Assembly: GCA_030679805.1 (NCBI GenBank)
Contig: JAUXST010000574.1
Location: 1 to 46,354, forward strand
Source of the DNA: Reyranella sp.
GTDB taxonomy: Bacteria > Pseudomonadota > Alphaproteobacteria > Reyranellales > Reyranellaceae
Reading direction: 5' to 3'
DNA: 46,354 nucleotides
Shown: in pieces, positions 29,184-38,548 of the stretch
Layout of the letters: each line of letters opens with the position of its first letter
Position numbering within the stretch: position 1 is the first letter of the stretch
Notes under the pieces: model-generated
What the model was told of the DNA's origin: nothing
The model's database searches: none
Seen by the model: only the letters and a program-made list of their open reading frames with translations
Translations under genes and position numbers: made by a program

Positions 29184-30038
29184 TTAGGTCGTTGCTACCA
29201 GCAGTTCCTCTGAACCCGGGCGGAGGCCGTCCGTCCGCCCGGCGAAGTAGCGCTGGGCAAGAGTGGCTGCCGACACATGCTGGACTTCCTTAAAGCCGGC
29301 TTCACGGGCCAGTGCCAGCATCTCCGGCGGCGTGAAGAAGCTGATGAAAGGCGTCCCGCTCGCTCGCGCTCCCTTCTCCGACGCCTCACGCCCGGGACGC
29401 TCCTCGGGTTCCACGAATTCCAGCGGCAGCAGGAACGTCATGGCGAGCGTGGATCCCGAGGCGAGCGCCGTGATCTGGCGCAGCATCGCTGCGATCGCGT
29501 CCTTGGTGAGGTACATGCTGACGCCGGCGGAGGCCACGACCGCCGGCCGACCGGCATCGAAGCCTGCGGTCGCGAGTCGTTCCCACCAGGATGCGTCCGC
29601 TTCGAAGTCGACCGGCACGAGCCGTAGCCACTCCGGGATGCCGAAGCCCAGCTCGATCAGGCGCTGCCGCTTCCAGACCTGAGCACCAGACTGGTCAACC
29701 TCGAATACCCGAAGACGGGAAGCAATCTCCGGACGGCGCTGGGCGAAGGTATCCAGGCCGGCACCGAGGATGACGTACTGGGCGACGCCCTGACTGGCCC
29801 GTTCCGCGACCAGATCCTCGATGAAACGAGCACGGGCCACGATCGATGCTCGGAATTGGCTCGTGAAGTGCGGATCCATGTCCGGACGGCGGCGCCAACC
29901 ATCGTCCGGGGCCGCCAGCCGCAGGCCGATCTCGTCTTCGAGCACATGCGGCTGCGGATCGACCTCGACGTGCAGGGCCCGCCACAAGGCGACCCGCACT
30001 GCCGTGCTGTCTGGCGCCGCAGTTCGCTCGTCAGGCAT
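29184..30038 (-). CDS. Class I SAM-dependent methyltransferase (LCM/TIGR00027-like)
   Basis: TAVRVALWRA, IVARARFIED, QYVILGAGLDTFA, VFEVD, GVSMYLT. Confidence 0.92.
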   Translation of the reverse strand: MPDERTAAPDSTAVRVALWRALHVEVDPQPHVLEDEIGLRLAAPDDGWRRRPDMDPHFTSQFRASIVARARFIEDLVAERASQGVAQYVILGAGLDTFAQRRPEIASRLRVFEVDQSGAQVWKRQRLIELGFGIPEWLRLVPVDFEADASWWERLATAGFDAGRPAVVASAGVSMYLTKDAIAAMLRQITALASGSTLAMTFLLPLEFVEPEERPGREASEKGARASGTPFISFFTPPEMLALAREAGFKEVQHVSAATLAQRYFAGRTDGLRPGSEELLVATT

Positions 30039-30056
30039 GACGTCTGCCTTCCCTAC

Positions 30057-30449
30057 CTAGCCTCGGAGTTCCAGCCCGTTTCCTTCGGGGTCTTGCAGAT
30101 AGATTGATGCGACGGACCCTGACGAACCATAGCGCTCGCGAATCTCACCAACCTCAACACCGTGGAGTTCAAGTTTGCGCCGGACCTCTTCAAGATCAAA
30201 GGCCGCAACACGCAGGCACATGTGGTGGAGATTGGGCGCCGCCGCGCCCATCGTATCGCCGCCGACCCGACCCATGCGGCCGGCGATGTCGATCAGGTCC
30301 ACAAGGGCAGAGCCCGCTCGCAGATGGACGAGTCCGAGTTCGTCCTGCCTGCGTTCAACCTGGCAGCCGAGCACTCTCTCGTAGAAGTCGATCATGCGAC
30401 CCATGTCGGTCACACGCAGCGCCACGTGATCAATTCCAACAACTTCCAT
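30057..30449 (-). CDS. VOC/glyoxalase family protein
   Basis: IDHVALRV, FYERVLG, HHMCL, SIYLQDPEGNGLEL. Confidence 0.92.
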   Translation of the reverse strand: MEVVGIDHVALRVTDMGRMIDFYERVLGCQVERRQDELGLVHLRAGSALVDLIDIAGRMGRVGGDTMGAAAPNLHHMCLRVAAFDLEEVRRKLELHGVEVGEIRERYGSSGSVASIYLQDPEGNGLELRG

Positions 30450-30484
30450 GACCCGATCTCCATTGACTGGCGGGGGAATTGAGA

Positions 30485-30502
30485 TATCTCGATGTCAAGA
30501 CA
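30485..30502. promoter_or_regulatory. PecS/TamR-like 18-bp operator overlapping the marR start
   Basis: TATCTCGA-TG-TCAAGACA imperfect palindrome spanning ATG 30492 at the edge of the 42-bp divergent gap. Confidence 0.5.
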
Positions 30503-31037
30503 ATTGGCGCGCGACCTGTCGCCAGATCATGTAAGCGGGCGCCAACGGCAATGGTCGGCAGAGCTTCCCGATATCGACACCAGCGGCATGGCGATCCTGG
30601 GACGGGCGCGCTGGATCACACTTGCCGTGCGTCCGGCCATTGAGGCTGTGTTCGCACGGCATGGCTTGGACAGTGGCGAATTCGACGTTCTTGGCACTCT
30701 GTTGCGCTCAGGGCCGCCCTATCGGCTGCGCCCCACCGAACTGTTCCGGTCGCTCATGGTCTCTTCTGGCGGCATGACCGCTCGGCTGGCGAAGCTGGAG
30801 AGTGCCAGGCTGGTGAGTCGCGTAAGCGATCCGGACGACGCCCGCAGCCTGCTGGTTCAGCTTACCAACGACGGACGTCGCCGCGCGGAAGCGGCTTTCC
30901 GCGAGGACATGCAGGTGGAAGCGGAGCTGCTGGCGGGAATCACACCCGCTGAGCGCGAGGTACTCGCCAAGCTTTTGGCGAAGCTCGCCTTCTCACTGGC
31001 GAAGGACCGATCTGAGCCTGGTTCTCCGCTCACCTGA
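30492..31037 (+). CDS. MarR regulator, urate-responsive (UrtR; PecS/TamR-like) subfamily
   Basis: QW..ELPDID N-terminal helix, GEFDVL..L.RSG, LRPTEL, SSGGMTARL, DPDDARS. Confidence 0.88.
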   Translation: MSRQLARDLSPDHVSGRQRQWSAELPDIDTSGMAILGRARWITLAVRPAIEAVFARHGLDSGEFDVLGTLLRSGPPYRLRPTELFRSLMVSSGGMTARLAKLESARLVSRVSDPDDARSLLVQLTNDGRRRAEAAFREDMQVEAELLAGITPAEREVLAKLLAKLAFSLAKDRSEPGSPLT

Positions 31038-31157
31038 TTGAGCTCGTCTCTTGAAGTCGTCATGTTCTGATGAAAAGACCGCCAAGCGCATAGAGCATAT
31101 GGCCCACCGCGTGTTGGGTTACTCTCTGGACACGAGTGAATCCGGAATCGTCACGCT

Positions 31158-31769
31158 CTAGTCGCGCCTCAGCATGAACACCGCCTGCTCACCGAAGACG
31201 TTGGCAAGCAGCGGCGGCATGTGGATCGGCCGGCTCTTGCTGTTGAGCACGATGGCGCGCTCGATGCGCACACCCATCTCGTGGCAGAGCGCGCGGAAGT
31301 CATCGATGCTGCAGAGATGGATATTAGGCGTGTCGTACCACTTGTAGGGCAGCGACGTCGTCTGCGGCATGCGACCGCCGAACACCATCCGCAGGCGCAC
31401 CTGCCAGTGCGCGAAATTGGGGAACGACACGATCGCGCGCTTGCCGACCCGCAGCATCTGGCGCAGCACCTCGCGCGGCTCGCGCGTGGCCTGCAGGGTC
31501 TGGCTCAGGATCACGTAGTCGAAAGCGTCGTCGGGATAGGCCCGCAGATCGGCGTCGGCGTCGCCCTGGATCACCGACAGGCCACTGGCCACGCAAGCAT
31601 TCACGCCGGCCTGACTGAGTTCCATGCCACGTGCATCGACCCGCTTGAAGTCGACCAGGTAGGCCAGCAGCGCCCCGTCGCCGCAGCCGACGTCGAGCGC
31701 GCGGGTGTCGGGCGTCACCATATCGGCAATGAGCTGAAGGTCGACGCGGATGGCGGCGGTCACGGCCAC
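31158..31769 (-). CDS. metW: Methionine biosynthesis protein MetW
   Basis: RVDL, LDVGCGDG, FDYVILSQTLQ, VSFPNF.HW, WYDTPNIHLC; downstream of metX. Confidence 0.95.
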   Translation of the reverse strand: MAVTAAIRVDLQLIADMVTPDTRALDVGCGDGALLAYLVDFKRVDARGMELSQAGVNACVASGLSVIQGDADADLRAYPDDAFDYVILSQTLQATREPREVLRQMLRVGKRAIVSFPNFAHWQVRLRMVFGGRMPQTTSLPYKWYDTPNIHLCSIDDFRALCHEMGVRIERAIVLNSKSRPIHMPPLLANVFGEQAVFMLRRD

Positions 31770-31794
31770 GCCCCCTTCATGTTATCGTCCCCTT

Positions 31795-32964
31795 TCATGC
31801 TGCCTGCCTCAGCCCGCGCACGGCCGCCGCGCCCTTGAGGAAGCCGCTCAAGGTGCGGAACATCTCCGGCTCGTCGAGCAGGAAGGCGTCGTGGCCCTTG
31901 TCGCTCGCGACCTCGACGAACGACACGTTGGCCGCCGCCGCGTTCAGTGCATGGACGATCTCGCGGCTCTCGCGCGTCGGGAACAGCCAGTCGCTGGTGA
32001 AGGACATCAGGCAGAAGCGTGTGGGCGAGCCGCGGAAGGCATTCGCCAGCACCCCGCCATGCGCGCCGGCGAGGTCGAAATAGTCCATCGCGCGGGTGAT
32101 GTAGAGGTAGCTGTTGGCGTCGAAGCGATCGACGAAGGTCGAGCCCTGGTGGCGGAGATAACTTTCGACCTGGAAATCGGCGTCGAAGCCGAAGCCCAGC
32201 GCGTTGCGGTCCTGCAGGGCGCGGCCGAACTTGCGCTGCAGCGCCTGCTCCGAGAGGTAGGTGATATGGGCCGTCATGCGGGCAACGGCGAGGCCGCGCG
32301 CCGGCACCGTCTGGTGCAGGCGGTAGTCGCCGCCCTTCCACTCGGGATCGGCCATGATCGCCTGGCGGCCGACCTCGTGGAATGCGATGTTCTGTGCCGA
32401 GTGGTGCGCGGCACAGGCGATCGGCACCGCCGAGAAGACACGGCGGGGGTAACTCGCGGCCCACTCGAGCACCTGCATGCCGCCCATCGACCCGCCGATG
32501 ACGCAGAACAGGTCGGGGATGCCCAGGTGATCGAGCAGGGCTGCCTGGGCGCGCACCATGTCGCCGATGGTCACCACCGGGAAACGCAGGTTCCAAGGCT
32601 GGCCGGTCGCAGGATCGCGCGCCAGCGGGCCGGTCGAGCCCATGCAGTGACCCAGCACATTGACGCAGATGATGAAGTAACGCGCCGGGTCCAGGACCTT
32701 GCCCGGCCCGACCAGGCTCTCCCACCAGCCGTCCTTGCCGGTGACGGGGTGCCGCTCGGCGACGAACTGGTCGCAACTGAGCGGGTGGCAGACCAGGATC
32801 GCATTGGTCTTGTCGGCGTTCAGCGTGCCGTAGGTCTGATAGGCGACCCGATAGGGCCCGAGATCGACGCCGCAGTCGAGACTGAGCGGCTGCTGGACAC
32901 CCAGGATCGCATGGCGGCATTGGGCGAGCGCCATTTGTTCGGCGTCGGTCAGGTCCTGGAGCAA
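31795..32964 (-). CDS. metX: Homoserine O-acyltransferase MetX
   Basis: [51 protein letters not shown] start at 32964 after GGAGAGG. Confidence 0.95.
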   Translation of the reverse strand: MLQDLTDAEQMALAQCRHAILGVQQPLSLDCGVDLGPYRVAYQTYGTLNADKTNAILVCHPLSCDQFVAERHPVTGKDGWWESLVGPGKVLDPARYFIICVNVLGHCMGSTGPLARDPATGQPWNLRFPVVTIGDMVRAQAALLDHLGIPDLFCVIGGSMGGMQVLEWAASYPRRVFSAVPIACAAHHSAQNIAFHEVGRQAIMADPEWKGGDYRLHQTVPARGLAVARMTAHITYLSEQALQRKFGRALQDRNALGFGFDADFQVESYLRHQGSTFVDRFDANSYLYITRAMDYFDLAGAHGGVLANAFRGSPTRFCLMSFTSDWLFPTRESREIVHALNAAAANVSFVEVASDKGHDAFLLDEPEMFRTLSGFLKGAAAVRGLRQAA

Positions 32965-32978
32965 CGTCCTCTCCAACG

Positions 32979-33012
32979 AAAAAGCCCCCGACCGGAAGGG
33001 CGGGGGCTTTTT
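32979..33012 (-). terminator. Intrinsic terminator in the metX leader (riboswitch expression platform)
   Basis: Minus strand AAAAAGCCCCCG-loop-CGGGGGCTTTTT. Confidence 0.8.
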
Positions 33013-33020
33013 CAAGCACT

Positions 33021-33076
33021 CCGACCTTTTAGCGGGGATTAACGTGGCCGCAAGCCGGTCGGCTCAAATTCCACGG
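33021..33076 (-). ncRNA. SAM-II (SAM-alpha) riboswitch
   Basis: Minus strand CCGTGG-AATTTG-AGCCGACCGG-CTTGC-GGCCACG-TTAA...GCTAAAA-GGTCGG: P1 CGTGG/CCACG, pseudoknot CCGACC/GGTCGG, GCTAAA motif; upstream of metX. Confidence 0.9.
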
Positions 33077-33188
33077 ATGACTTTTATACGAACCTCGCCG
33101 TGCGGGTGCAAGCGCCTTGAGGCTTGTTTGCCTTTACGCGATGTGGCTGAACGTAGTATCGCCGCTGCGCACAGGAATTACCGGCCTC

Positions 33189-34052
33189 ATGAACGCACCC
33201 AGTCTCGACAGCCTGCGGCAAGAAATCGACGCCATCGACGGCGAACTGCACGGCCTGATCGGCCGGCGCGCCGACGTGGTCGGCCGAATCGCGGGCGTCA
33301 AGCCGGCCGGCGGCCTTGCTCTGCGACCCGGCCGTGAGGCCCGGGTGATGCGCCAGCGGCTGGCCTCCCACCAGGGACCCTTTCCGGTCACCGCCGTCTT
33401 CCGCATGTGGCGCGAGATGATGTGCGCGCTCACCCTGATGCAGACACCGGGGCTGAAGATCGCCATCTGCCGGCCGGCGGAGCAGCCCGGCTACTGGGAT
33501 CTCGCGCGCGACCACTTCGGCTGCCAGATTCCGCTCGTCGCCCACGACACGCCCGCGCAGGTACTAGCGGCCGTGCGCGGCGGCCCGACGACGATCGGCA
33601 TCGTGCCGGCCCCCATCGAGTCCGACGTCGCCCCATGGTGGCCGCTGCTGGCCGGCGGCGACGCGACATTGCCCAACGTCGTGGCCCGCCTGCCCTTTCT
33701 CGCCATGCCCAACGCGCGGGCGCGCGGCATCTCGGCCCTCGTTCTTGCCCGCATGGAGCCTGAGGAAAGCGGCGACGACAGCGCCCTCATCGCGATCGAA
33801 ACACCGGCCGGCCTCAGCCGCGACCGTATCTCCGGCGGCCTGGCCAAGGTGGGACTGCCCACTTTCACCTCGGCGCTGGACCAGGTTGTCGACGGCGTGC
33901 ATCACTATCTCATCGAACTGCCGGGCGTGATCGTCGATGGCGACCCGCGACTGCGCGAACTCGGGGCGGCCTTGGGGCTGAAGAGCGGCCGTGTCGCCGC
34001 GATCGGTGCCTATGCCGTTCCGGCCATCCTCGGTCCTAGGGCCCAGCCCTGA
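33189..34052 (+). CDS. Chorismate mutase with C-terminal prephenate dehydratase-like remnant
   Basis: LDSLRQEIDAID, RPGREA, MWREMM, DLARDHFG, VVARLPF; precedes hisC-tyrC. Confidence 0.88.
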   Translation: MNAPSLDSLRQEIDAIDGELHGLIGRRADVVGRIAGVKPAGGLALRPGREARVMRQRLASHQGPFPVTAVFRMWREMMCALTLMQTPGLKIAICRPAEQPGYWDLARDHFGCQIPLVAHDTPAQVLAAVRGGPTTIGIVPAPIESDVAPWWPLLAGGDATLPNVVARLPFLAMPNARARGISALVLARMEPEESGDDSALIAIETPAGLSRDRISGGLAKVGLPTFTSALDQVVDGVHHYLIELPGVIVDGDPRLRELGAALGLKSGRVAAIGAYAVPAILGPRAQP

Positions 34053-34074
34053 TCGCTACCTACGGGAGACTGCC

Positions 34075-35166
34075 ATGACCGCGCTCACTCCGCGTCCGGG
34101 CATCATGAAGATCGCACCCTACGTCCCGGGCAAGGACTCGGTCGAAGGCAAGGAGACCATCGCCAAGCTCTCGTCCAACGAGGGCGCGCTGGGACCGTCG
34201 CCCAAGGCGATGGCAGCCTATGCCAAGGCGGCGGCCGAGCTGCACCGCTACCCCGACGGCAACGCCGAGAAGCTGCGCCAGGCGATCGGCCGTCACTACG
34301 GCCTCGACCCGGCGCGCATCGTCTGCGGCGCAGGCTCCGACGAACTCCTCAACCTCCTGATTCGCGCCTACTGCGGACCGGGCGACGAGCTGCTCTACAG
34401 CCAGTTCGGCTTCCTGATGTACCCGATCAACGCGCTCGGCGTCGGGGCGACGCCGGTGGCGGCGCCGGAGACCGACTACAAGGCCGACGTCGATGCGCTG
34501 CTGTCCAAGGTCACGAACAAGACCCGCGTCGTCTGCCTCGCCAACCCGAACAATCCGACCGGCAGCTATGTCACCAAGGACGATGTGCGGCGCCTGCACA
34601 CGGGCCTGCCGAAGAACGTGCTGCTGGTGATCGACGCGGCCTATGCCGAGTATGTAAGCTGCAACGACTACGAGTCGGGTGTCGAGCTGGTCGACCAGGC
34701 CGAGAACGTCGTGATGACGCGCACCTTCTCCAAGATCTACGGGCTGGGCGGTCTCAGGCTCGGCTGGATGTACGGTCCGGCCGGCATCGTCGACGTCATG
34801 AGCCGGCTGCGTCAGCCCTTCAACGTCAACCTGGCGGCGCAGATCGCCGGGATCGCGGCGATGCAGGACATCGCCCACACCGACGCCAGCCGCACCAACA
34901 ACGACATCTGGCTGCCCTGGCTCAGCACCGAACTCGCCAAGCTCGGGCTGAAACCGCTGCCCAGCGTCGGCAACTTCTTGACGGTGGGTTTCGGCTCGAA
35001 GGAACGTGCCGCTGCCGCCAACGACTGGATGATGAACGACGGCCTGATCCCGCGCATGATCGCGGGCTATGGCCTGCCCGAGCATCTGCGCATCACCATT
35101 GGCACCGAGATCGAAGTGAAGGCCGTCGCGGCCTCGCTGGCCAAGTTCGTCGCCATCGGCAAATGA
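34075..35166 (+). CDS. hisC: Histidinol-phosphate aminotransferase
   Basis: KLSSNEG, YPDG, GSDE, NPNNPTG, DAAYAEY, RTFSKIYGLGGLRLG. Confidence 0.95.
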   Translation: MTALTPRPGIMKIAPYVPGKDSVEGKETIAKLSSNEGALGPSPKAMAAYAKAAAELHRYPDGNAEKLRQAIGRHYGLDPARIVCGAGSDELLNLLIRAYCGPGDELLYSQFGFLMYPINALGVGATPVAAPETDYKADVDALLSKVTNKTRVVCLANPNNPTGSYVTKDDVRRLHTGLPKNVLLVIDAAYAEYVSCNDYESGVELVDQAENVVMTRTFSKIYGLGGLRLGWMYGPAGIVDVMSRLRQPFNVNLAAQIAGIAAMQDIAHTDASRTNNDIWLPWLSTELAKLGLKPLPSVGNFLTVGFGSKERAAAANDWMMNDGLIPRMIAGYGLPEHLRITIGTEIEVKAVAASLAKFVAIGK

Positions 35167-36047
35167 GCAAAATCCACTTCGAGAAGATCGCCCTGATCGG
35201 CATCGGACTGATCGGCGGATCGATCGCGCTCGAGGCGCGCAAGCGCGGGCTCGCCAAGTCGATCGTGGCGGCCACGCGCAGCGCCGAGACCGCAGCCACG
35301 GCCAACCGGCTGAAGCTCGCCGACCATTGCGGCACCGACCTCGCGGCAGCGGTGAAGGATGCCGACCTGGTGATCGTCTGCACGCCGGTCGGCGCCTGCG
35401 GCCCGGCGACCGCGGCGATCGCCTCGTCGCTCAAGCCCGGTTGCATCGTGTCCGATGTGGGCTCGGTGAAGCAGACCGTGATCGCCGACATGCTGCCGCA
35501 CATCCCCAAAGGTGTGCATTTCGTGCCCGCCCATCCGGTGGCAGGCACCGAAAATTCCGGGCCCGAGGCCGCCCTGCTCGACCTGTTCGAGGGCCGCTGG
35601 ACCATCCTGACGCCGCTGCCCGGCACCGATGCCGGGGCCGTCGACCGGCTGGAGGCCTTCTGGAAGGCGCTGGGCAGCCAGGTCGACCGGGTCGATCCCG
35701 CCCATCACGACCGCATCCTCGCCATCACCTCGCACCTGCCGCACCTGATCGCCTACACGATCGTGGGCACCGCCGACGATCTCGGCGGCCATCTCAACGC
35801 CGAGGTGCTCAAATATGCGGCCGGCGGCTTCCGCGACTTCACCCGCATCGCCGCCTCCGATCCGACCATGTGGCGCGACATCTTCGTGAACAACAAGGAA
35901 GCCGTGCTCGAAGTGCTGCAGCGCTTCCAGGAAGACCTGTTCTATCTGCAGCGCGCCATCCGCTGGGGCGAGGGCGACAAGCTGTCCGAGCTGTTCACGC
36001 GCACGCGCGAGATCCGCCGCGCGCTGATCCATCTCAACCAGGCGTGA
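35163..36047 (+). CDS. tyrC: Prephenate/arogenate (cyclohexadienyl) dehydrogenase
   Basis: GIGLIGGS, DVGSVK, HPVAGTE, HDRILAITSHLPH, GFRDFTRIA. Confidence 0.93.
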   Translation: MSKIHFEKIALIGIGLIGGSIALEARKRGLAKSIVAATRSAETAATANRLKLADHCGTDLAAAVKDADLVIVCTPVGACGPATAAIASSLKPGCIVSDVGSVKQTVIADMLPHIPKGVHFVPAHPVAGTENSGPEAALLDLFEGRWTILTPLPGTDAGAVDRLEAFWKALGSQVDRVDPAHHDRILAITSHLPHLIAYTIVGTADDLGGHLNAEVLKYAAGGFRDFTRIAASDPTMWRDIFVNNKEAVLEVLQRFQEDLFYLQRAIRWGEGDKLSELFTRTREIRRALIHLNQA

Positions 36048-36592
36048 GTACGACAAAACCCTTCTGGGTCTTTGGCTATGGCTCGCTGATGTGGAACCCG
36101 GGCTTCGCCACGCCCGAAACGCAATCCGCCCGTCTGCACGGCTGGCACCGCGCTTTCTGCATCCATTCCGAACATTATCGCGGCACGCCGCGGAAGCCCG
36201 GCCTGATCCTCGGCCTGCTGCCAGGTGGCGCCTGTCGCGGCCTCGCCCATCGCCTGCCGCGCGCCGGCTACGACGCCGTGCGCCGCTATCTGCGCACGCG
36301 CGAGATCGACAACGACGGCGTCTACGAAGAAGAAGTCCGGCCGATCCACCTGCACGACGGGCGCGTGGTGGACGCGCTGGTCTATCTCGCCGACCGCCGG
36401 CACCGGCAGTTCGCCGGCAAGCTGCCGCTCGCCAAGGCCGCCGCCCTGGTGCGGGGCGGCAAGGGCGCCGCCGGCACCAACGTCGACTACCTTCGCAATA
36501 CGGTGACGCACCTGCGCGATCTCGGATTGCGCGACCCTGCCCTCGAAGAGCTGGCGCGACGCGCTGGCGCTAGCGGCGGGCCCCGTCCTTGA
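36044..36592 (+). CDS. chaC: Gamma-glutamylcyclotransferase, ChaC family
   Basis: WVFGYGSLMW, YRGTP..PGL, RE, GTNVDYL; GTGA overlap with tyrC. Confidence 0.9.
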   Translation: MSTTKPFWVFGYGSLMWNPGFATPETQSARLHGWHRAFCIHSEHYRGTPRKPGLILGLLPGGACRGLAHRLPRAGYDAVRRYLRTREIDNDGVYEEEVRPIHLHDGRVVDALVYLADRRHRQFAGKLPLAKAAALVRGGKGAAGTNVDYLRNTVTHLRDLGLRDPALEELARRAGASGGPRP

Positions 36593-37196
36593 GCGCGGCG
36601 CCCACGACGAAGCGCAGTTCGTCACGGGCCCGCTCGACCGACAGGCCGAGCCGCCGACGCAGGACGACCCAGCTCTCGGGTGAGAGCGCCAGGGCCACTG
36701 CGTTCAGCATCCGTCCGCGCTGCTCGGCGGACAGGCCGGCCAGTTCCCGGTCGAACCAGCGGGCAAGGCTTGCATGGCCGGCGGCGTAGAACTGCGCGAC
36801 CATGTCCGCGGCCGGCACCGACCGGTGCTGCAGGGTCTCGACGAAAGTCCACATCGACAGCAGCCGCTCGTGGCGCTCCGCAGCTCGATCGACGATGAAC
36901 TGGATCCGCCCCTCCAGCGGCGACACCGCGCCCGGCTCGGGTATGTCGCCGAATTCGGTGCCCAGCACGCGATCGAGAACGGCGACATAGAGCTCGGCCG
37001 TATCCGCGAAATGCTGAAACACCGTGCGCGCCGAGACGCCGGCCATCCGGGCGATGTCGCGCACGATCGGCGCGACTTCTCCAGTGACGGCCAGCGACAA
37101 CGCCGAGGTGACGATGGCCTCGCGGGTCCGGGCGACGCGGCTGCCGTTGACGGCCGGATGTGGGATCACTTGCCGATGTAGAACTTCGATGTCCAT
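36570..37196 (-). CDS. TetR/AcrR family regulator
   Basis: TREAIV, DIARMAGVSARTVFQHF HTH. Confidence 0.9.
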   Translation of the reverse strand: MDIEVLHRQVIPHPAVNGSRVARTREAIVTSALSLAVTGEVAPIVRDIARMAGVSARTVFQHFADTAELYVAVLDRVLGTEFGDIPEPGAVSPLEGRIQFIVDRAAERHERLLSMWTFVETLQHRSVPAADMVAQFYAAGHASLARWFDRELAGLSAEQRGRMLNAVALALSPESWVVLRRRLGLSVERARDELRFVVGAALKDGARR

Positions 37197-37379
37197 TCAA
37201 GCCCCCTGCTTTGTCGCCACGGATGCGCCGCCGTTCTCCTTGGGGAGGGGACCGGCTCCATGCTTTCATGTATCAACGGCGTTGGATGCAGCGGATACCA
37301 ATGCGTCCGCGAAGACAACCCGACGGCACGTAATTAAATACGGCGCCTAGTAAGCCATTCGTAAGCTCCCGGTGTGCCG

Positions 37380-38534
37380 ATGACAGACAAGAAATTCACT
37401 GCCGCTTCCCTCGCCGCCCAGGCCATGGGCTGGATCGACCCGGTCACCAAGGCGGTCGTGCCGCCAATCCACATGGCGAGCACCTATCTGCGCGACGAGG
37501 ACAACGGCTACCGCTCGGGCCGGATCTACGCCCGCGCCGACAATCCGACCTTCGACCAGGCCGAGGCGACGTTGGCGGCCCTGGAAGGCGGCGCCAAGGC
37601 GCTGGTCTTTTCCTCGGGCATGAGCGCGGCCACCGCCTGCTTCCTGGCGCTCGCCCCCGGCGACCACGTCGTCGTTCCCAAGGTCATGTATTGGTCGCTG
37701 CGCAACTGGCTGGCCACTTTTGCGACCCACTGGGGCCTGAAAGTCGAGTTCGCCGACGCCGACCGGGCCGACGCCCTCGCCGCCGCCGTCCGGCCGGGCG
37801 CCACCAAGCTGGTCTGGATCGAGACGCCGGCCAACCCGACCTGGAGCGTCACCGACATCGCCGCCGCTGCCGACATCGCCCACCGGGCCGGCGCGCTGCT
37901 GGGAGTCGATTCGACCGTCGCGACACCCGTGCTGACGCGACCTATCGAGTTCGGCGCCGACATCGTCATGCATTCGGCGACGAAGTACCTCAACGGACAC
38001 TCCGACATCATCGCCGGTGCCTTGGTCGGGGCGCGCGATGACGCCCACTGGGCCAAGCTGCGCGCCATCCGCGCCCAGCTCGGCACGATCCTCGGCCAGA
38101 CCGAGGCATGGCTGCTGATGCGCGGCATGCGCACGCTGTTCCCGCGCGTCGACTGGGCCTGCCGCTCGGCGCAGTCGCTCGCCGAGCGCTTCGCGGCCCA
38201 TCCGATGGTAAGCGAGGTGCTCTATCCCGGCCTGCCGTCGTTTGCCGGCCACGCGGTCTCGCTGAAACAGATGAAGGGCGGCTTCGGCGGCATGCTGTCG
38301 GTGCGCATCAAGGGCGGCGAGCGCGCGGCCATCGCAACCGCGGCGCGCGTGGCGCTGTGGAAGCGCGCGACGTCGCTGGGCGGCGTTGAAAGCCTGATCG
38401 AGCATCGCGCCAGCATCGAAGGCCCTGGCACGCCCTGCCCGCCCGATCTCCTGCGCCTGTCCGTAGGCGTCGAGGACAGCGGCGATCTCTTCGACGACCT
38501 CGACCAAGCGCTCCGGCGCGCCGACAACGCCTGA
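37380..38534 (+). CDS. Cys/Met metabolism PLP enzyme (cystathionine gamma-synthase/lyase family)
   Basis: PPIHMASTY, YARADNPT, FSSGM, ETPANP, HSATKYLNGHSD, SLGGVESL. Confidence 0.93.
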   Translation: MTDKKFTAASLAAQAMGWIDPVTKAVVPPIHMASTYLRDEDNGYRSGRIYARADNPTFDQAEATLAALEGGAKALVFSSGMSAATACFLALAPGDHVVVPKVMYWSLRNWLATFATHWGLKVEFADADRADALAAAVRPGATKLVWIETPANPTWSVTDIAAAADIAHRAGALLGVDSTVATPVLTRPIEFGADIVMHSATKYLNGHSDIIAGALVGARDDAHWAKLRAIRAQLGTILGQTEAWLLMRGMRTLFPRVDWACRSAQSLAERFAAHPMVSEVLYPGLPSFAGHAVSLKQMKGGFGGMLSVRIKGGERAAIATAARVALWKRATSLGGVESLIEHRASIEGPGTPCPPDLLRLSVGVEDSGDLFDDLDQALRRADNA

Positions 38535-38548
38535 TTGCTTGGCCAGGA

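Larger units (their letters stand above)
29134..31161. mobile_element. Putative non-autonomous cargo cassette bounded by imperfect CTAGAGC inverted repeats
   Basis: Left end CTAGAGCAGGATGATTC vs reverse complement of right end CTAGAGCGTGACGATTC (14/17). Both terminal CTAGs contain the stop codons of the convergent flanking genes. No transposase inside. Confidence 0.45.
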
